Assembly (NCBI GenBank): GCA_017642895.1
Contig: JAEPON010000012.1
Span: 37,014-101,013 of the forward strand
From: Roseitalea sp.
GTDB taxonomy: Bacteria > Pseudomonadota > Alphaproteobacteria > Rhizobiales > Rhizobiaceae
Direction of reading: 5' to 3'
DNA: 64,000 nt
Each line of letters starts with the position of its first letter. Positions within the stretch are counted from its first letter, which is position 1. The position numbers and the translations under genes are program-made. Below the pieces are notes generated by a model. It did not search any database. It worked only from the letters and a program-made list of their open reading frames with translations, and was not told the origin of the DNA. Shown one piece after another: positions 36,775 through 47,464 of this stretch.

Positions 36775-38226
36775 TCATGCCGCTTCCTTGCGCAGCGGTG
36801 TGGTTTGCCCGGCGCGCGCCACCCTTGGCGCGGGTCTGAGAAGCGCAACAACCATCCCGACAAAAAGAGCCAAGAGTAGTCCCATTCCTCCATAAATGAG
36901 GAGAGGTCGGCCAACTGATGAAGTGACATCGCGCGCGGCCAACGCAGGACGATAGAGCTCGCCGCTGGAGTTCCGCACAGTAACCCGGGCGCCGGAGAGC
37001 AACGCGTTATAGCTCTCTATGAGCTGCGTCCACTGACTCTGAGCGGCCGCTACGAAGGCCTGCGACAAAACGGGTTCTTCATTGATCTGGCGAAGGCGCG
37101 ATTGCAGGTTGGCGCGTTGGGATACGAGCGTGTGCCGGCGTTCGAAAACGCTCGTCAGATAGCCGGAAAGTGAGGCGCGATTGGCCAAGTCGACGATTTC
37201 GTCGATCGCGCCGTTCCCAACCTGGATGCCACTTGAAGTGGTCTGAGCTTCGCCACCAGCGCCGAGACCGCTTGGTCCGACGTTCCGATTGCCTATGACG
37301 GCTTTGACGTCCTCGACCGTCGCATTAAGGGAAGCGAGTGCATCGTCAAGACGTTCAATCTCCCGCGAAATGTCGTTTAGATAAAAGCGCACTAGCGTGT
37401 TATCGGCCGCCAATTGACGGCTGATGATCGGCGATAGGTACACCGCCTCAAAGGACTCCAGCCGATTGGCGAGATCCTCGGGCGTCTGACCACTCTCCGT
37501 CTGCAGTGATGCCAGGCGATTGTCGCCCGACATGGCCTCAAGCCCAACACGCATTGCTACTATGGTGCGATCCGCCTCGATCACGCCAAGAGCTTCGTCC
37601 AGTTGGGCATTGGCGGCGATGGACTGTCCCTGCAATACGGTATCGTCAAGGACGCGGAACTGCGTCGTATAGACATCTGACCAAATGCCTGGCAGCGCGG
37701 TGACGACGTTGCGGGCTTGGCTTTCGCTCAGGCCAAGAGCGCCATAGTCGAGCGAGATCCGCAACATCTGCTGGATCGAATTCGCCAGTTGCTCCTCCAG
37801 CTCGGCGCTCAGCGTATTGAGTTCGGCGATCGTAACATTCGCTCCAGAAACCCGCTCGCGATAGTTCATCAAGATCGCTTCGGTTGCCGGGTTGGCGAAT
37901 GTGACGGTGAGCGCGTTGCGAATCTCGAAGGATTCGGTCTGCGGCAAGACGGTCGCGCTCAATCGGTTGATCACCGCGGGAGCGATCAGATCCTGCGGCG
38001 AAAAGGCGGTCCCGTTGGGGTAGCTTGACTTTTCGATGCCTGACAGTTCGACATAGTATTCCATCGTCTGCGATGTGCGGGACATCTGCATGAACGCGCC
38101 GAGGGCGCCCAAGCAAAGCCCCACCGCCGCCAACGCCACGATTAGCCCCCTACCCGACCACAGTTTCCTAACGATGTCGGAAAGCGATATCTCATCGTCA
38201 TGCCAATTCAGATCGCTCTGCGCCAT
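36775..38226 (-). CDS. Wzz-like polysaccharide co-polymerase (chain-length determinant) family protein, orphan
   Basis: The N-terminal DDEISLSDIVRKLWSGRGLIVALAAVGL is a Wzz-type motif plus TM1. It is followed by a long coiled-coil periplasmic region and a C-terminal TM2 (LLIYGGMGLLLALFVGMVVALL). Start is ATG 38226 or GTG 38232. Confidence 0.65.
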   Translation of the reverse strand: MAQSDLNWHDDEISLSDIVRKLWSGRGLIVALAAVGLCLGALGAFMQMSRTSQTMEYYVELSGIEKSSYPNGTAFSPQDLIAPAVINRLSATVLPQTESFEIRNALTVTFANPATEAILMNYRERVSGANVTIAELNTLSAELEEQLANSIQQMLRISLDYGALGLSESQARNVVTALPGIWSDVYTTQFRVLDDTVLQGQSIAANAQLDEALGVIEADRTIVAMRVGLEAMSGDNRLASLQTESGQTPEDLANRLESFEAVYLSPIISRQLAADNTLVRFYLNDISREIERLDDALASLNATVEDVKAVIGNRNVGPSGLGAGGEAQTTSSGIQVGNGAIDEIVDLANRASLSGYLTSVFERRHTLVSQRANLQSRLRQINEEPVLSQAFVAAAQSQWTQLIESYNALLSGARVTVRNSSGELYRPALAARDVTSSVGRPLLIYGGMGLLLALFVGMVVALLRPAPRVARAGQTTPLRKEAA

Positions 38227-38339
38227 TGGCACCTCTGCACTTTGCTATAACCGATCGCCCGTCATGAGGCGTCAAAATCGATATCAGATTGTGAACGAAG
38301 CAGAAGGCAGAAACAACAGCGAGCGAGTCATATTGAGCG

Positions 38340-38822
38340 TTAAGCGCACATCGTTAGTTTGCTTGCATCGGTTGCTCTCTGCAGAGCGGTTGATGAAACC
38401 TGAAAAACAGTGTCCGGCCGTCCGGCTGCCGCCCAGACCAGGTCGTAGTCCAGAAGCACCGCGTCCATGTGGACCGGAATCGGCGCCAGATGGCCGATCG
38501 GTGCCACGCCGCCGATCGCAAAGCCGGTCTCGTCACGCACGCGGCGGCCGTCACATCGCTTCAAGTCAAGCCCATACTGATTTGAAATATAAATCAAATC
38601 TGCATTATGCCGGCCCGATACCAGCAGCAGCACCAGCGCGCCATTCTCTGCATTCTCGAAGACCAGAGACTTGACGATCTGGCCCACATCGCAGCCGCAG
38701 GCCCGCGCTGCGTCCTCGGCCGTCCGCGTGGATTGGTCCATCACCTTCAGCTCGATCGAAAGGCCGAGCGCCGCCGCCGCATCGGCAACGCGCGCCATGG
38801 AGGAGCCGGGTTTGGGCGTCAC
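38340..38822 (-). CDS. YbaK/EbsC-family aminoacyl-tRNA deacylase domain protein
   Basis: GQIVKSLVF...LLLVSGRHNADL...ETGFAIGGVAPIG matches the YbaK fold pattern. Start is GTG 38822 or ATG 38798. Confidence 0.8.
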   Translation of the reverse strand: MTPKPGSSMARVADAAAALGLSIELKVMDQSTRTAEDAARACGCDVGQIVKSLVFENAENGALVLLLVSGRHNADLIYISNQYGLDLKRCDGRRVRDETGFAIGGVAPIGHLAPIPVHMDAVLLDYDLVWAAAGRPDTVFQVSSTALQRATDASKLTMCA

Positions 38823-39034
38823 GAACTGTCACCCTGGTCAACGAAGATGCCGGCGATCTGGGAGGCTTGCAGCCGGTATGGCGAGCCGCCGCCATACAAA
38901 AGGTCGCCGACCAGATTGACGCCCGGCTGGTCCCATCCGCTGTAGAACGCGCCGATGAGCGTATCGGCCTGGGTCTGCTCGGCGGCAAGCCGCACCACGG
39001 CGCCGGATTTGAAGACGACCACCACTTCGGTCAT
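38819..39034 (-). CDS. Small hypothetical protein (71 aa), translationally coupled on both sides
   Basis: ATG 39034 overlaps the MBL-hydrolase stop (ATGA) and is preceded by GGGAGGA. Its stop abuts or overlaps the YbaK-like start. Confidence 0.5.
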   Translation of the reverse strand: MTEVVVVFKSGAVVRLAAEQTQADTLIGAFYSGWDQPGVNLVGDLLYGGGSPYRLQASQIAGIFVDQGDSS

Positions 39035-39858
39035 GACGTTTGTCCTCCCGTTTCGATCACCAGCCCGTCATAGCATGGTTCGACGTGGCGCGGCGTTTCG
39101 GCCAGCACCACATCATAGTCGAGCGGAATGTGCATGTGCGTCAGAAATGCACGCCGCGGCTTGAGACGCTCGATCACATCGAGCGTCTGGGCGAGCGACA
39201 AATGGCTGGGATGTTCGCGATATTGCAGCGCATCGACGATCAGCACGTCGAGATCGCGCATCTTTTCCAGCGTCGCGTCGGGAAAGGCCGATACGTCCGG
39301 GCAATAGGCCAGATCGCCGATCCGGAACCCCAGCGAGTGGATCGAGCCGTGGCGCTGGTAGAGCGGCGTGAAGGTGAGGGCACCGCCCTGCCCTTCGATC
39401 GTGAGCGGTGTGTCATGGTCGATCCGGTTGTCGATCAGGATCGGCGGATAGGCGCTGCCATCGGGCGTCGCAAAGCAGTAGCCGAACGCCTCGTGCAGCC
39501 GTCCGGACGTCGCTTCGTCCGCGTAGATCGGCATCATCTGGCCCTGTGCGAACACATAGGTGCGCAAATCGTCGATGCCGTGAATATGGTCGGCATGGGC
39601 GTGCGTGTAGACGATCGCATCGATCTGCCGGACATCGGCCATCAGCATCTGTGCGTGGAAATCGGGACCGGTATCGACAACGACGCTCGTCGTGCCGGCA
39701 ACACCGACCCGTTCGACCAGCATCGAGGCGCGCATGCGCCGGTTCTTCGGATTGTGCGGGTTGCATCCGCCCCAGTCGCCGTTCGGTCGTGGCACGCCCG
39801 GCGACGACCCGCAGCCCAAAATGGTCACGCGCACCGTGCCGTCACCTTCAGCCGTCAT
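39031..39858 (-). CDS. MBL-fold metallo-hydrolase (PhnP/GPMH-like)
   Basis: Start at ATG 39858 (MTAEGDGTVRVTILGCGSS). The HAHADH zinc motif is present. Overlaps the tatD stop. Confidence 0.88.
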   Translation of the reverse strand: MTAEGDGTVRVTILGCGSSPGVPRPNGDWGGCNPHNPKNRRMRASMLVERVGVAGTTSVVVDTGPDFHAQMLMADVRQIDAIVYTHAHADHIHGIDDLRTYVFAQGQMMPIYADEATSGRLHEAFGYCFATPDGSAYPPILIDNRIDHDTPLTIEGQGGALTFTPLYQRHGSIHSLGFRIGDLAYCPDVSAFPDATLEKMRDLDVLIVDALQYREHPSHLSLAQTLDVIERLKPRRAFLTHMHIPLDYDVVLAETPRHVEPCYDGLVIETGGQTS

Positions 39859-40645
39859 GGCGCGGCACCTTTGAGAACAGGCGGTAGAAATTGTCGGTCG
39901 TCTGTGCCGCGAACCTGTCGATATCCTCGCCCAGATGCGCGGCGATGATCGCCGCCGTGTGCGCCACATAGGCCGGCTCGTTGCGCTGGCCGCGATGCGG
40001 CGGCGGCGCCAGATAGGGCGCGTCGGTCTCCACCAGGATACGGTCGCGCGGTAGGTCGCGGGCAATGTCACGCAACGCGTCGGAGCGTTTGAACGCGGCA
40101 ATGCCGGAAAAGGAAACGTAGCCGCCAAGCGCAATGCCGGTTTCGGCGAGCGCACGGCCCGATGAAAAGCAGTGCAGGACGAAGGGAAAAGCCCCCTTCC
40201 CTTCGGTTTCCTCCGTCAGGATCTCGGCCATGTCGTCATCGGCGTCGCGCGCATGGATAACGAGCGGCAGGCCGGTTTCCCGCGCCGCTGCGATGTGCCG
40301 GCGAAAGCCTTCGGCCTGCGCCTGGCGCGGGCTGTTGTCGTAGAAATAGTCAAGGCCTGCTTCGCCGATCGCCACGACTTTTTCATGGCCCGACAGGTGC
40401 ACCAGATCGTCCGCGACGATGTCCAGTTCCTTGTCGGCATGGTGCGGATGGGTGCCGACCGAGCAGAACACATCCCGATAGCGCTCGGCGATCGGCAGGA
40501 TGCGCTCTGCGAACAGATGCACCCTGGTCGAAATCGTCACCATGCGCACGAGACCGACCGCGCGCGCACGGGCCACGACATCGTCGAGCTCCGGCGCGAA
40601 CGTGTCGAAGTCCAGATGACAATGGCTGTCGACGAGGGTCGGCAT
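39848..40645 (-). CDS. tatD: TatD-family metal-dependent hydrolase
   Basis: LVDSHCHLDF, GEAGLDY, HARDA and ETDAPYL motifs. Its start overlaps the metG stop. Confidence 0.92.
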   Translation of the reverse strand: MPTLVDSHCHLDFDTFAPELDDVVARARAVGLVRMVTISTRVHLFAERILPIAERYRDVFCSVGTHPHHADKELDIVADDLVHLSGHEKVVAIGEAGLDYFYDNSPRQAQAEGFRRHIAAARETGLPLVIHARDADDDMAEILTEETEGKGAFPFVLHCFSSGRALAETGIALGGYVSFSGIAAFKRSDALRDIARDLPRDRILVETDAPYLAPPPHRGQRNEPAYVAHTAAIIAAHLGEDIDRFAAQTTDNFYRLFSKVPRHDG

Positions 40646-42186
40646 CAGGCGTCGCGCGCCTCGTCCTCCACATAGCGCGGAAACACGCCCTGCGGCTTGG
40701 GCAGCTCGGTGCCCGGCACCAGCCGCGCCTCGAAATCGGCGAAGGTGCGCTGGTCTTCGGACACCGCGACCAGATCGAGCAGTTTCGCCGAGGCATCTGG
40801 CATGAAGGGCTGCGTCATCAGCGCGATCCGCCGCACGGTCTCGGCCATCGTGTAGAGCACCGCCTTCATCCGTTCGGGATCGGTCTTGCGCAGCGCCCAG
40901 GGCGCCTGGGCGTCGATATAGCGGTCGGCCTCGGCGACAACCGCGAAGATCGCCTCAAGCGCCTTGTGGATTGCCTGTTCGGCCATTGCCGCGCGCGCTG
41001 CATGCAGCGCCGGGCCAGTCGTTGCGATCAGCGCTTCGTCGTCTTCGTTCAGGGCGCCGGTGTCGGGTACCCTGCCCTCGCAATTCTTGGCGATCATCGA
41101 CAGCGAGCGCTGCGCCAGATTTCCCAGCCCGTTGGCTAGATCGGCATTGGTGCGCGCGACGATCGCCTCGTGGCTGTAGCTGCCATCATTGCCGAACGGC
41201 ACCTCGCGCATGAAGAAATAGCGCACCTGGTCGAGCCCGTACCGGTCAAGCAGGTCGAACGGATCGACAACATTGCCGACCGATTTCGACATCTTCTCAC
41301 CGCGATTGTTCAAAAAGCCATGCGCGAACACCCGCTCGGGCAGCGCGACACCGGCCGACATGAGGAACGCCGGCCAATAGACCGCGTGGAAGCGGATGAT
41401 GTCCTTGCCGATAATGTGTGTCGCCGGCCAGAAGCGCCATTTCTCCGTGCCGGTGTCCGGAAAGCCGGCGGCGGTGATGTAGTTGGTCAGCGCATCGACC
41501 CAGACATACATGACATGAGCGTCGTTGCCGGGCACCGGAATGCCCCAATCGAAGGTGGTGCGCGAGATCGACAGGTCCTTCAGGCCGGACTTGACGAAGG
41601 AGATCACCTCATTGCGCCGTTCGTTTGGCGCGATGAAGCCGGGATTTTCCTCGTAATGGGCAAGCAGCCGGTCGCCATAAGCCGACAGGCGGAAATAGTA
41701 GCTCTCCTCCTCGACCCACTCGACCTCCGAGCCCAGCGGCTCGCGGCGCACGCCATCGTCGCCGACTTCGGTCTCGCTTTCGTCGAAATAGGCTTCCTGG
41801 CGCACCGAATACCAGCCGCCATAGGTGTCGAGATAGATGTCGCCATTGGCTTCCATGCGGCGCCACAATTCCTGGCAGGCGGCGGCATGGCGCAGCTCGG
41901 TGGTGCGGATGAAATCGTCGTTCGAGCAGCCGAAGGTTTCGACCATCGACCGGAAGACCGCCGAATTCTCGTCGGCCAGCGCGATCGGCGTGATGCCGCG
42001 CTCTTCGGCGGTGCGCTGCATCTTCTGTCCGTGCTCGTCCGTGCCGGTCAGGAAGAATACATCCTTGCCGTCGATCCGCTGGAACCGGGCCAGCACATCG
42101 GTGGCGATCGCGGTATAGGCGTGGCCGATATGCGGCACGCCATTGGGATAGAAGATCGGCGTGGTGATGTAGAAAGTGTCGCTCAT
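40645..42186 (-). CDS. metG: Methionine--tRNA ligase
   Basis: Start at ATG 42186 ([25 protein letters not shown], the HIGH motif). KMSKS is present. Confidence 0.96.
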   Translation of the reverse strand: MSDTFYITTPIFYPNGVPHIGHAYTAIATDVLARFQRIDGKDVFFLTGTDEHGQKMQRTAEERGITPIALADENSAVFRSMVETFGCSNDDFIRTTELRHAAACQELWRRMEANGDIYLDTYGGWYSVRQEAYFDESETEVGDDGVRREPLGSEVEWVEEESYYFRLSAYGDRLLAHYEENPGFIAPNERRNEVISFVKSGLKDLSISRTTFDWGIPVPGNDAHVMYVWVDALTNYITAAGFPDTGTEKWRFWPATHIIGKDIIRFHAVYWPAFLMSAGVALPERVFAHGFLNNRGEKMSKSVGNVVDPFDLLDRYGLDQVRYFFMREVPFGNDGSYSHEAIVARTNADLANGLGNLAQRSLSMIAKNCEGRVPDTGALNEDDEALIATTGPALHAARAAMAEQAIHKALEAIFAVVAEADRYIDAQAPWALRKTDPERMKAVLYTMAETVRRIALMTQPFMPDASAKLLDLVAVSEDQRTFADFEARLVPGTELPKPQGVFPRYVEDEARDA

Positions 42187-42279
42187 GGGCGGCGGCAACC
42201 ACTGGTTCGAAAATCGGGAAAGCGTGGCGTGCATGTATCCGATTTCCGGCGCTTTTCAAACCGCCGGGACGATGGTTTT

Positions 42280-43326
42280 TCAGCGTCCGACGCTGCCCAA
42301 AACGTCATGCATCCGCGCGCTGGCCACCAGCATTTCCTGCTTGCGGTCCATGCCGAACGCATCGGCCTCGCCAAAGCGCTGCGCCAGATCGCGTTCGAAG
42401 GCGGCAAGCCGGTCGGCGCCGCGCAGATCACCCGACAGCGCTGCACTCCGCGCCCGGCTGCGGACGATGTCGATGGCCATTTCGCGCAGCAGCATGTTGT
42501 GCGTGTCATTGCCTTTTGCCCCGGCAACTTCGGCCAGTCGGTGGGCCAGCATCGTGTCGAAGCGTGGCGCTGCCAGAAGTTTTTCGAGGCTGTCGCGCAG
42601 GTCGGCCCCGCCGAAAAGCGCCAGCGTCAGTGCCTGGCGCGGCCGGCCGCCCGAAAGGGCAGCCAGCCGGCCGGCGTCCGATGCCGGCACGGCACCCTGC
42701 CCGGCCAGATCGATCACCTCGGCCACCTGATCATCGGGCAGCGGCGCGAACCGCACAATCTGACAGCGGGACCGAATGGTGGCCAGCAATCCGCCACTGC
42801 GATGTGAAACCAACAAGAACAATGTGTTGGATGGTGGTTCTTCAAGTGTTTTGAGAAGTGCATTCGCCGCACCGCGCGGCATGTCGCCGACCGGATCGAC
42901 GATGACGATGCGCGGGCGGTCCAGGCTCGCCGTCATCGACAGGAAATGCTGGACGCGCCGCACCTCGTCGATGGTGATCGCCGTCTTGAAGCCGGTGCCG
43001 GTCGCCGCGCGCGGCCGCGTCAGGTGGACGAGGTTGGGATGGGCGCCCTGCGCCACCTGCCGGACGCTCGCCGATGTCGGATCAGGCTCCGGAAGATGGT
43101 CGCCATCAAGCGACGCGCCGTCCAAAAGCGCGTTGGCCAGATGAAATGCCGCCGTCGCCTTGCCGATGCCCTGTTCGCCATCGAGCAGCATGGCGTGATG
43201 GCCCGAACGGACGATGGACAGCATCTGTGCGACCGGCGGTTGATGGCCGACGAGGCGCACCGATGCGCATGGCGGCGCGATGCCCTCCAGCGTGTCGTGA
43301 TAGTCCGGCGTCTGCTGATCGTTCAT
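42280..43326 (-). CDS. holB: DNA polymerase III subunit delta-prime
   Basis: Start at ATG 43326. AAA+-like region [25 protein letters not shown]. Position tmk-holB-metG is conserved. Confidence 0.85.
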   Translation of the reverse strand: MNDQQTPDYHDTLEGIAPPCASVRLVGHQPPVAQMLSIVRSGHHAMLLDGEQGIGKATAAFHLANALLDGASLDGDHLPEPDPTSASVRQVAQGAHPNLVHLTRPRAATGTGFKTAITIDEVRRVQHFLSMTASLDRPRIVIVDPVGDMPRGAANALLKTLEEPPSNTLFLLVSHRSGGLLATIRSRCQIVRFAPLPDDQVAEVIDLAGQGAVPASDAGRLAALSGGRPRQALTLALFGGADLRDSLEKLLAAPRFDTMLAHRLAEVAGAKGNDTHNMLLREMAIDIVRSRARSAALSGDLRGADRLAAFERDLAQRFGEADAFGMDRKQEMLVASARMHDVLGSVGR

Positions 43327-44042
43327 GAGCGTTCCCGTCGGTCGCCATCGGCCGCGACCAGCGGCGCCACATGGGCCCAGACCACCCCGGATACAGTCTC
43401 CGGATCGCCGGCCGCATCCACAAGGCGGCAACGGTCGGGCTCCGCTTCGGCAATGGCCCGAAACGCGGTGCGGCGTGCTTCATGCACGGCGACGGTTTCC
43501 TTTTCAAACCGGTCCTGCGCCGTGTTTTCGGCACGCCGCGCATGGGCGCGCGCCAGCCCTGTCTCCGGGTCGAGGTCGAGAATGATCGTCAGGTCCGGCA
43601 CTGTGCCGTGGATCGCCACCCGCTCAAGCGCGGCGACGAAATCGGGATCGAGGTCACCGCTGACGCCCTGATAGACGCGCGTTGAATCCATGAACCGGTC
43701 GACCAGAACCGTCTCGCCGCGCGCCAGCGCCGGCCGGATCACCTGCTCGACATGGTCGCTGCGCGCGGCGGCGAACAACAGCGCTTCAAGCGCCGGGCCG
43801 AAGCTTTCAAGCGCCGCCTCGTCCAGGAGCACGTGCCGCACCGCTTCGGCGCCGGGCGTGCCGCCGGGCTCGCGCGACGTTCGGATGGCATGCCCAAGTT
43901 CTGCAAGACGGTCGGCAAGAAGCCGGATCTGCGTTGACTTGCCGACCCCTTCGCCACCTTCGAAGGTGATGAACAGCCCGTCATGACCGTGTGCGCGCGC
44001 CTTGCGGCCGGTCGCGGGAACGGCTTTTAAAAGCGAATCCAT
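43323..44042 (-). CDS. tmk: Thymidylate kinase
   Basis: P-loop [15 protein letters not shown] and DRFMDST motif. The N-terminal extension makes the exact start uncertain. Confidence 0.9.
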   Translation of the reverse strand: MDSLLKAVPATGRKARAHGHDGLFITFEGGEGVGKSTQIRLLADRLAELGHAIRTSREPGGTPGAEAVRHVLLDEAALESFGPALEALLFAAARSDHVEQVIRPALARGETVLVDRFMDSTRVYQGVSGDLDPDFVAALERVAIHGTVPDLTIILDLDPETGLARAHARRAENTAQDRFEKETVAVHEARRTAFRAIAEAEPDRCRLVDAAGDPETVSGVVWAHVAPLVAADGDRRERS

Positions 44043-45241
44043 CCGATCGCCAGTTCAAGCAGTGCATCGAGCGCCTGCCGGTGGATGGGGCCCTTGCCGA
44101 CCGCGCCGGCGGCCTGAAGTTCGGCCTCATGTGCCAGTTCATCGCCAAAATAGATGTGCAGTTCGGCGATCGGATCGCCTTGTTCGACCGGCGCGGGCAC
44201 CGGCCCGTCAAAGACGATCCGGGCGCGCAGCGTGTCCCGGCCGGTCAACGGCATCAGGACCGTCAGCGGTTCGGCCAGCATGACCGGCGCTGTGGCAGCC
44301 TCGCCGCCATAGAGCCGGACATTGCCGATCTCTTCGCCGGCCTCGAACAGCCTGTGAGGCTCGAACGCCCTGATGCCCCAATCGAGCATCTTGCGCGCTT
44401 CCTCGGCGCGCTGGCGTTCGGACTCCATCCCGCTCATCGCAACGATGAGCCGGCGTCCGGAACGCGCGACCGAGCCGACGATCGCATAGCCCGACGCTTC
44501 GGTGAAGCCGGTCTTCATACCGTCAGCGCCGATATCCATCGGCAGCAGCGGATTGCGGTTGCGCTGGCGGATGCCGTTCCAGGTGAATTCGGTCTCGCTG
44601 TAGTAGCGGTAAAACTCCGGATAGGTGCGCTGCATGTGCTGCGCCAACGTCACCAGATCGCGGATGGTGACCGTTTGCCCGTCGGCCGGCAGCCCGGTCG
44701 AATTGACGAAGGTCGATCCCGTCATGCCGATCGCCCGCGCGCGGTCGTTCATCAGTTGCGCGAACGCTTCCTCCGACCCGGCAATCCCCTCGGCGATGAT
44801 GATGCATCCATCATTGGCCGATTGCACGATGACACCGCGGATCAGGTCTTCGAGCGCGATCTCCGAATTGAGTTCGGCGAACATGGTCGATGTTCCGGAG
44901 ACCGCGCCGCCGGTGCGCCATGCATTCTCGCTGACCAGAAACCGGTCCTGCAGCGTCAGGCGCTGCGCCTTGAGCGCATGGAAGACCACTTCCATCGTCA
45001 TCAACTTGGCAAGCGACGCGGGCGGGATCGGCGCATCGGCGTCCTTGGAAAAAAGGATTGTGCCGCTGCCCACATCGAGCAGCATGGCCTGTCGCGCCGG
45101 CGTTTCATAAAGTTGCGCGCGCGCCGGACCGGCCAGAAACAGCAGGACCGCCACAAGCGCAAGGGCAAGTGCCGCGCCGGGCTGCCGCACGGCGCCCGAA
45201 GGCAAAAATCGCGTGAAAATCAAACTCATCGGCAATGTCAT
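44027..45241 (-). CDS. D-alanyl-D-alanine carboxypeptidase (class C low-MW PBP)
   Basis: Signal peptide, active-site SLAKLMT (SxxK), SANDG (SxN-like) and KTGFT (KTG). Confidence 0.9.
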   Translation of the reverse strand: MTLPMSLIFTRFLPSGAVRQPGAALALALVAVLLFLAGPARAQLYETPARQAMLLDVGSGTILFSKDADAPIPPASLAKLMTMEVVFHALKAQRLTLQDRFLVSENAWRTGGAVSGTSTMFAELNSEIALEDLIRGVIVQSANDGCIIIAEGIAGSEEAFAQLMNDRARAIGMTGSTFVNSTGLPADGQTVTIRDLVTLAQHMQRTYPEFYRYYSETEFTWNGIRQRNRNPLLPMDIGADGMKTGFTEASGYAIVGSVARSGRRLIVAMSGMESERQRAEEARKMLDWGIRAFEPHRLFEAGEEIGNVRLYGGEAATAPVMLAEPLTVLMPLTGRDTLRARIVFDGPVPAPVEQGDPIAELHIYFGDELAHEAELQAAGAVGKGPIHRQALDALLELAIGWIRF

Positions 45242-45311
45242 CGCGTCGCTTTGACGTTAGAGCGTGCCGAACTGGATTGGAAGCGGCAAGCCGCGTCAAC
45301 CGCCGAAAAAC

Positions 45312-46283
45312 TCAGTGGCTTTTCCAGCCAGCGCCCGGTGCCGCCGCCCAAGGCGCCGCAAAGGCGGCCGACACGCGCGCATCAGCGTAGGCGGAGGCAT
45401 CAAGACCGATGACCGGCCGTGTCGAGCGGCGCAACAGCGAGCCCGGCGCTTCCAGTGTCGGTGCGGCAGACCCGCCGAAGCGTTCAGGCGCCGGCTGTTG
45501 TGTGCCGGACGCCACCATGACACCGGGCTGGCGGACCCCGGGAAGATCGCGGTTACCGCCGCCGCCACGCGGTGTCCCCATTGTCGGTGCGCCGCGGAAC
45601 GAAGCGATGAGGAATTCGTCGTCCTGGCCGTGCAGCGGCGCCGGACCCAGATACTCGACCTTCACCTCGGCCGTGCCGGCGGAGATATAGTCGAGCATGT
45701 AGGCTGCCCGCTTCGAAAGGTCGATCACCCGATTGTTGGAGAACGGCCCGCGATCATTGACGCGCACGACCACCGACCGGCCGTTGGCGCGGTTTGTCAC
45801 GCGCGCATAGGACGGAAGCGGCATCGTTTTGTGGGCCGCGGTCAAATGGTTCATGTCGTAGACTTCGCCATTGGCGGTCTTGCGGCCGTGAAAGGCCTGG
45901 CCATACCAGGATGCGCGGCCATGCTGCTCGGACGGCTGGTTGGCGCTTGGAAAATAGCGCCGGCCACGCACGGTGTAGGGCCGGCCGACCATCTGCCGCC
46001 CGCCGCCGCGCTGAATGCGCGTGCCCGAGGCAACGCGCGGGCTGGCGGCGACACCATAGGACGCCACCGAGAAGCTTTCGGCGCCCGATGTGGCTGCGTT
46101 GCTGGTGAAGACCGGAAGGCTCGACAGGTTGACGACATCGCTGCTGGTGGCGACAACGCTCTCGGTCCCGCTCGTCAAAGCGACCTTCGGTGTCATGCTC
46201 GAGCCGCAGCCTGCCAGCATGACGCCGACCGAACCAACCGCGCACAGGCGCACAACCCGCGAAGATATGGAACTTTTCCCCAT
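45312..46283 (-). CDS. rlpA: Septal-ring lytic transglycosylase RlpA-family lipoprotein
   Basis: Lipobox LAGC. DPBB domain GRASWYGQAFHGRKTANGEVYD...VVVRVNDRGPF. ATG 46283 is preferred over TTG 46289. Confidence 0.88.
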   Translation of the reverse strand: MGKSSISSRVVRLCAVGSVGVMLAGCGSSMTPKVALTSGTESVVATSSDVVNLSSLPVFTSNAATSGAESFSVASYGVAASPRVASGTRIQRGGGRQMVGRPYTVRGRRYFPSANQPSEQHGRASWYGQAFHGRKTANGEVYDMNHLTAAHKTMPLPSYARVTNRANGRSVVVRVNDRGPFSNNRVIDLSKRAAYMLDYISAGTAEVKVEYLGPAPLHGQDDEFLIASFRGAPTMGTPRGGGGNRDLPGVRQPGVMVASGTQQPAPERFGGSAAPTLEAPGSLLRRSTRPVIGLDASAYADARVSAAFAAPWAAAPGAGWKSH

Positions 46284-46408
46284 TGGCAAAGGCGCTTACA
46301 CCAAGTTGTGGCACCGTGCCAGAGGGCGGCGGCGCCGAAAACGCCACCTTAGGTCATCTCGCTTATCGTTGTGTTAAATTGCGTGATGAACGGATCGTGG
46401 ATCGGCCG

Positions 46409-46831
46409 TCAGCCGTCGATCCGCGCCCGGCCTGAATAACCGTCGTCACGGCGCCAGCGCAGGCTCGTCTCGCCTGTCATGCGGAGCGTGAAACAACTTA
46501 CCTTGCCGCGGTACCAGGTCGGAAATTGCTGGCAGAGCTGATCGCCCTGGACAAACCAGCGCCCGGTCTCGCGTGGCGCGAAATATTGGCCAAGCCCCAA
46601 TGCCGTCCCGTCGCCGGTCACCTGGCCGTTGGTCTTGTAGTAGAGCGGGAATTCGCCGCCAAACGGCGTGGCAAGATAGACCCGCTTGCCGGCGATTGTG
46701 TCCTTGAGCGTCTGTCCGGACAGCTGTTCGGCGCCGGCGGGTGCCGACAGGGCGGCGATGACCGCCAGCGCACCGGCGGCGACTGTTACGGCATGTTTGG
46801 TCCCGGTGCGACTGATGCGAGCGCTGTTCAT
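46409..46831 (-). CDS. Secreted hypothetical protein
   Basis: ATG 46831 follows AAAGGAGGGAAAAGG. Signal peptide ending in APAGA. Conserved Cys pair. Family uncertain. Confidence 0.55.
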   Translation of the reverse strand: MNSARISRTGTKHAVTVAAGALAVIAALSAPAGAEQLSGQTLKDTIAGKRVYLATPFGGEFPLYYKTNGQVTGDGTALGLGQYFAPRETGRWFVQGDQLCQQFPTWYRGKVSCFTLRMTGETSLRWRRDDGYSGRARIDG

Positions 46832-47020
46832 CGACCTTTTCCCTCCTTTGGGCCTTTGCGCCCCGTTACGGTCCGGAGCGCGATCCAGATCAAATGTGCT
46901 TAGGTAAAAGTGCCAAGACCAGGGAAGGTTCCGCCAATCGAGACCGTATCTGAACACCGGGGCGGCCGGTCCCTGCGCACCCTTGCGGGGCAACAGGCGC
47001 TGTGCCATCTAGGTCGTGCC

Positions 47021-47110
47021 GGAGGGGTGGCAGAGTGGTCGATTGCGGCGGTCTTGAAAACCGTTGAGCGTGCGAGCGTTCCGTGGGTTCGAATCCCACC
47101 CCCTCCGCCA
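47021..47110 (+). tRNA. tRNA-Ser (anticodon UGA)
   Basis: GGAGGGG acceptor stem pairing with CCCCTCC-G-CCA, anticodon loop CUUGAAA, long variable arm, and T-arm GGGTTCGAATCCC. Confidence 0.93.
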
Positions 47111-47464
47111 CCGAAATTCGCAAGTAATTGTGCGATCTTCTGCGCTAGAGCCTGTCTTTACCGCACAGAGGCTTGCTTCGACGGCTGAATGAAACCGGTC
47201 GATGGCATGCTCGACCACATTTGGCATCGGCATTTTGAGGTTTCCCTCTCAACTATCAAGACCAATTAGCGCATCGGCTCATGCCGGTTGAGACCGACCT
47301 TTGTGTGATTGATTGCCCACGGAGACATCATAGGTCCGCACAAGCGAACACCTGGCGGCATCCACGGACAGCGCCACACGTTCAAAGTTGAAAAGAAAAT
47401 TAGTACGAGGAGTCCTCATACGATTTTTGTTGATCTGCTTCAGAATCTCGTACACAAATGTTCT

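Noticed and set aside
47009-47233. 74-aa minus-strand ORF overlapping tRNA-Ser.
   Set aside because: Most of it is the reverse complement of the tRNA gene. It has no RBS and no motifs.
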